DNA from: a virus
Taxonomy: Duplodnaviria > Caudoviricetes
Virus record (IMG/VR): IMGVR_UViG_3300045996_001835
Coordinates: 1-51,544 of that record
Length of the DNA: 51,544 bases
Reading direction: 5' to 3' (one strand)
The position numbers and the translations under genes were made by a program. This document shows positions 47,866-51,544 of this stretch, one piece after another (the stretch's first letter is position 1; every line of letters starts with the position of its first letter). The notes beneath the pieces were generated by a model, which was not told where the DNA came from, did no database searches, and was given only the letters and a program-made list of their open reading frames with translations.

Positions 47866-48027
47866 ATGCGTTATTGCATCATTGAGAATGGTTATATCGT
47901 GAATACGATTGTGTGGGATGGAGTAGAGCCTTGGGAGCCGCCTGCGGGCGCGCTAGTGCTGCCTGAGAGCGAGGCAATGGCAAGCTACGAGTATTTGCCA
48001 TTGGAGGTATTGAATGGCGACAATTAA
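47866..48027 (+). CDS. Small partner of the Gly-rich fibre
   Basis: AAGGAG RBS; MRYCIIENGYIVNTIVWDG...W.PP. Confidence 0.7.
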   Translation: MRYCIIENGYIVNTIVWDGVEPWEPPAGALVLPESEAMASYEYLPLEVLNGDN

Positions 48028-48886
48028 CTATCCGTTGCGGGCCATATGGGGCACTGATTATACAGGTGAGGCCGCTAACGTTGGTGTGATTCTTAAGAAT
48101 TCGGCGCTGATTCAAATTGGCTCGCGAGAGACCGGCTTCACCGAGTCCCCGGCAGGTAGTGGTATCTACGAGAAGGTGCAGGCCATTGATACTGATGATT
48201 TGCCGATTTCGTTGGTCGGTGATATTGCGGGCTCTGATGCTGAGTATGCGGTGGGGCGGATTACGGCGGCAGATGTGGCGGAGTATCAGGCACCGGCGGC
48301 TGGCTCCGGCCCCTTCACGCTTGAATATACGGTCTTGGATGAAGATGGCGAGCCAGTAGAAGGTGCACGGGTGACGCTCCGCAACCTTGACCATATCTTC
48401 CAGGCCACAACTGATGCTGATGGCGTAGCAACGCTTTATCCTGCTGCTGGAACCTTCACGGAGACCATTATCAAGACTCGTGTAAGCTACACACCTGTCT
48501 CAGTAACCGTAAGCGCAGATGCTGAGTATGAGCGCGAAGTGGCTGTGATGGCGATTGTTCCGCCTGCTGATCCGGATATGGCCACAATCACGATTGCTCT
48601 GGATGACTTCGGGGCAAGCGCCGACGCAACCTTCGTGTTTACCTCAGTCGACAAGCGCCGCCTCGTGCTGAATGAGACCATCCAATATGACAACCAAAAG
48701 TCAGTCACCACGTCGGGCCGTGTCGGTACGATAAGCCTTCCTAAAAGCAGCGTCTTGGAGGCGGCGGGATACAAGCCAAAGTTTCAGGTTTCGTCCTACA
48801 CCATAAAACTTAACGAAGAGATCACGATACCGGACGAAGGTGGTTCACTCGGCCAGCTCATCCGGGAGGCACAAGGGCTCACCTAA
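48014..48886 (+). CDS. Structural protein with carboxypeptidase-regulatory-like (prealbumin) domain
   Basis: VLDEDGEPVEGARVTL...TTDADGVATL. Confidence 0.7.
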   Translation: MATINYPLRAIWGTDYTGEAANVGVILKNSALIQIGSRETGFTESPAGSGIYEKVQAIDTDDLPISLVGDIAGSDAEYAVGRITAADVAEYQAPAAGSGPFTLEYTVLDEDGEPVEGARVTLRNLDHIFQATTDADGVATLYPAAGTFTETIIKTRVSYTPVSVTVSADAEYEREVAVMAIVPPADPDMATITIALDDFGASADATFVFTSVDKRRLVLNETIQYDNQKSVTTSGRVGTISLPKSSVLEAAGYKPKFQVSSYTIKLNEEITIPDEGGSLGQLIREAQGLT

Positions 48887-48974
48887 ACCTCCCACCTCAC
48901 CACCCCCACAACCCGAAGCTCCAGCGCCGGTATCCCCGGCCAATGACGCCAGTCCACGGCTAAACTGTCCACCC

Positions 48975-49271
48975 ATGGACGCCCTTATCCAAGCCCTAAA
49001 CCGCCACGCTGCAAGGATGTACCGCGAACAAGCCCCACGACTCAAAAGCCCCAACCGTGACAAGCTCGCGGATATCGCTTATGCGGTCTTTGAAATTGTG
49101 GCTGGCACACATGGGCTAGAGGAGCACTACACCGATTTGGGCTCTGAAATGGTGCGGCTCTACGAGACTCGGGACGGCGGGTTTCTTGAATGTGTGATGG
49201 ACAGCACTGAGGCAGAGTATTCGGTGGAGCGGTTTCGGAAGGTGGGGTTTAGGATGCGTGCAACAGAATGA
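48975..49271 (+). CDS. Hypothetical protein
   Basis: ATG 48975 preceded by TAAACT; start inferred. Confidence 0.5.
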   Translation: MDALIQALNRHAARMYREQAPRLKSPNRDKLADIAYAVFEIVAGTHGLEEHYTDLGSEMVRLYETRDGGFLECVMDSTEAEYSVERFRKVGFRMRATE

Positions 49272-49535
49272 CCGATGCCGCCACTTCGGTTCACACCGTA
49301 ATGACATAAAGCCTCTTTGTATACCTAATTTCCTACCTAGCACGCGATTTTATATCACAGGTACGATGAAAATTTATTGACACTCGCACAAGTCCGCCGG
49401 GCCCGAATTGACGAATTATAGATGATATAACGATTTATGTAGGTTTATGGGCTAAAGTTGCAGTGAAACGGCGGGGTACGTAATTATCAGTCGGGAGCGC
49501 GACAGCCTTACAACGATAATGCCATTTTATGCGCT

Positions 49536-49563
49536 TATTTACATAATCCAAGTTATCATACCT
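49536..49563 (-). other. dif-like Xer recombination site
   Basis: Minus strand AGGTATGATAA-CTTGGA-TTATGTAAATA, 11-6-11 layout, in a non-coding AT-rich gap. Confidence 0.65.
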
Positions 49564-49594
49564 AATGTAATCGACATTGTTCAGAGCGAAATGA

Positions 49595-50251
49595 TTAGGT
49601 AAGGTTTGCCCTGTCCGGACGGTAATCTATGGATTGATCCCCTTTTCGCGCGTTGCATGAGCGACATAATGGTTGGCGATTATTAACCGAGTTTCCCCCA
49701 CCTTTAGAGACCGGAACAATATGGTCCGCCTCAAGGGGGCCTTCGGATCCGCAGCAGACACATCTCGATCCGTACTTGCCAATTAGTGCGGACCATTCTT
49801 CGGCGGTTAGTTCTCCGCCGTTTTCTTTTTTTCGTTCGTAGTATCGCCTATGGACATCAGATTCTATTTGAAACCCACCAGACTCATACCAACGGCGTCG
49901 AGATGCAGCCTCCTTTTCTCTCTGAGCAGGATCTGTGCGACGCCTATTATCGCTGATGCGCGCATTGCTCCTAATAACTTCTCTGTTTTCTTTGCGATAT
50001 TCTGTAACCTTGTCGGAGTTAGATTTATTCCATTCATGGGCCCTGGCTGTTCGCCTGGCACTATTCTCTCGGCAATATCTCCGAGCACAGTCCTTGCAGA
50101 CAAGGGCTAAGCCATCTTTTGATGCTTTGCGTTTATGAAAGTTAGTAAGAGGGTGCTCAAGGCCGCAGCCAGTACAGCATTTAGTGGGTGTCTCGTTGAT
50201 AGGCGGGGTAATTTGAGATAACTTATCCATTGTCATTGAACCTCCATTCAA
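49595..50251 (-). CDS. HNH endonuclease with N-terminal zinc finger
   Basis: CTGC...CKDC; CVCC...EADHIVPVSKGG.N...N.QPLCRSCNARKG. Confidence 0.92.
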   Translation of the reverse strand: MNGGSMTMDKLSQITPPINETPTKCCTGCGLEHPLTNFHKRKASKDGLALVCKDCARRYCRENSARRTARAHEWNKSNSDKVTEYRKENREVIRSNARISDNRRRTDPAQREKEAASRRRWYESGGFQIESDVHRRYYERKKENGGELTAEEWSALIGKYGSRCVCCGSEGPLEADHIVPVSKGGGNSVNNRQPLCRSCNARKGDQSIDYRPDRANLT

Positions 50252-50334
50252 TGGCCAGGGCCGGGGTGTTTGCGCACCTGCGGCCCATGTTTTTCGTATT
50301 TAAATTTACCATAATTTATCTTTTTGTCAATGTG

Positions 50335-51303
50335 TCAAGATATAAGCCCTTCCCGGCGCATTTCGACTACTACCTTCGCCAGCTCCTGGCCGTGATAACG
50401 TTCGATATAGCCGTAGCGTCCTAGTCCGCTGCTGTCGGCACTTTTCTGCGCATTGGGATGTAGTGACTCGTAGACGCGCTCACACGCCTCGACCTGCCAT
50501 ATCTCGCGTCCTGGCGTTACTGGCGCCGACCTGGGCGCCGCGTCGAGCCCCGGCAGTGCTCCTGCCGCATAGTCGCCGCGGATCGCGGACTTGAGATACG
50601 CGACACGGCTTTTGGCGGCGCCGATCCCTGGGGGGTTGAGGTTGCGCTGGCACTGTTCGGCGCCGACTTCGGCCACCAGTCGCGCGGCATCCCTTAGGGA
50701 GAGGCCGGCGGCAGTGAGTTGCGTCGTGACCTGTTCGGAGATGGAAGATTTATCTTCGACACGCACACCAACTGTGTGTGTGCTCTCTGGAGTACTCTCG
50801 TGTGTACTCTCTGTACTAAGAGATTCCGAATTAGTCGGAGGCATGCTCCCGCCATTGCCGGAATCTTGGTTCCGACTTTCCCCGGAACTAGATTCCGACT
50901 TTCCCGGAATCTGGGGCGCGGCCAAAACATCGGCTCCAATAGCCTCCGCTATGGCTTCGAGAATTTTCTCTTTATTGATTCGGTAGTGGAGCTTTGCGGG
51001 AACGCCGATCCGCTTCTCTTCGAGTAACTTTCGTTTGATGAGGTGGCGCCGTGCGGTTTTCTGCTCTTCCTCGTTGAGGGTTGTTTCCTCTTCCCATTCG
51101 GTCTGTTTCTTGTAGAACCATCCGTCTGGGTCGCTGGTGCGCTCGTCCCAATAGAACGCTTGAGAGAGGAAAAGGCCAGCTTTGGCGCCGCCTGCAATGA
51201 CTGAGAATATGGGGTAAAACGCCACTGGGCGCTTTAGAAGGTGATACAGGTGGTCTCGTGTAATGACCACCTTGACGCCATCGGCGCCGGTCTCTATACT
51301 CAT
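50335..51303 (-). CDS. Second replication initiator (putative plasmid-state Rep)
   Basis: RPVAF...AGLFLSQAFYW...GWFYK...EWEEET...EQKTARRHL...GVPAKLHYRIN wHTH initiator pattern; AYLKSAI C-terminal motif; start 51303 or 51330. Confidence 0.8.
   Translation of the reverse strand: MSIETGADGVKVVITRDHLYHLLKRPVAFYPIFSVIAGGAKAGLFLSQAFYWDERTSDPDGWFYKKQTEWEEETTLNEEEQKTARRHLIKRKLLEEKRIGVPAKLHYRINKEKILEAIAEAIGADVLAAPQIPGKSESSSGESRNQDSGNGGSMPPTNSESLSTESTHESTPESTHTVGVRVEDKSSISEQVTTQLTAAGLSLRDAARLVAEVGAEQCQRNLNPPGIGAAKSRVAYLKSAIRGDYAAGALPGLDAAPRSAPVTPGREIWQVEACERVYESLHPNAQKSADSSGLGRYGYIERYHGQELAKVVVEMRREGLIS
50821..50912. repeat. Four palindromic iteron-like units inside the second rep gene
   Basis: (T/C)CCG-N6/7-CGGA units starting at about 50821, 50845, 50868, 50890; the last two share TTCCGACTTTCCC. 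Confidence 0.7.
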
Positions 51304-51378
51304 GGCTACCTTTCGACGCCGTTGCATCATTTTCCGCCAAGAAAACTGTGATGCTGCGGCGTTGTTTTTTTGTGTGCC

Positions 51379-51544
51379 GTACTTATAACAAATTTAACAA
51401 ATCGTACCAACTCAACTGTTCGGAATTTCCGAATAGTCGCCCTACCCCACCCGCTCCCCTGCCCATTCAAGCACAACAAAATACCTTTCCTGTGCATAAC
51501 TCCAAGGATTATGTGCATAAGTGTGTCTGATTTCACTGACGCTG
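51379..51544. repeat. Terminal direct repeat, right copy
   Basis: Matches 1-166. Confidence 0.95.

Noticed and set aside
51327-51536. 69-aa ORF containing ATIRKFRTV, like RhuM
   Set aside because: Similarity is limited to the DNA palindrome; it overlaps DnaA boxes and is probably non-coding
1-51544. Integrase, protelomerase, cas genes, reverse transcriptase/DGR, tail sheath
   Set aside because: No ORF shows the expected motifs by eye; very divergent versions cannot be excluded without profile searches

Overview
The window looks like a complete, circular temperate phage of about 51.4 kb that is maintained as a plasmid (a phage-plasmid). Bases 1-166 recur at 51379-51544. It encodes ParA/ParB, two replication initiators that each contain internal iterons, DnaA boxes, a dif-like site and a full siphovirus-like head/tail set. 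I found no integrase, protelomerase or cas gene. The most unusual part is an accessory island (about 44.4-46.8 kb) inserted into the tail-fibre region. It holds five copies of a 30-nt type I-B/III-like CRISPR repeat. Four copies carry hairpins inserted into the repeat; removing them restores 30 nt in three copies and 29 nt in the fourth. Three copies form a promoter-driven two-spacer mini-array whose spacers fold back on the crRNA 5' handle. Two copies bracket a small acidic ORF inside an mRNA. Duplicated operator-containing promoters and an Aca-like HTH gene complete the island. This suggests an RNA-plus-protein system that hijacks or inhibits host CRISPR machinery (inference). Other notable items are a structured RNA block with two aberrant tRNA-like folds, a palindrome shared between the rhuM coding sequence and the origin region, a Dcm split over overlapping frames, a -1 frameshift chaperone and an ATA-start tape measure gene. 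All protein calls come from motif recognition by eye; no database search was run.
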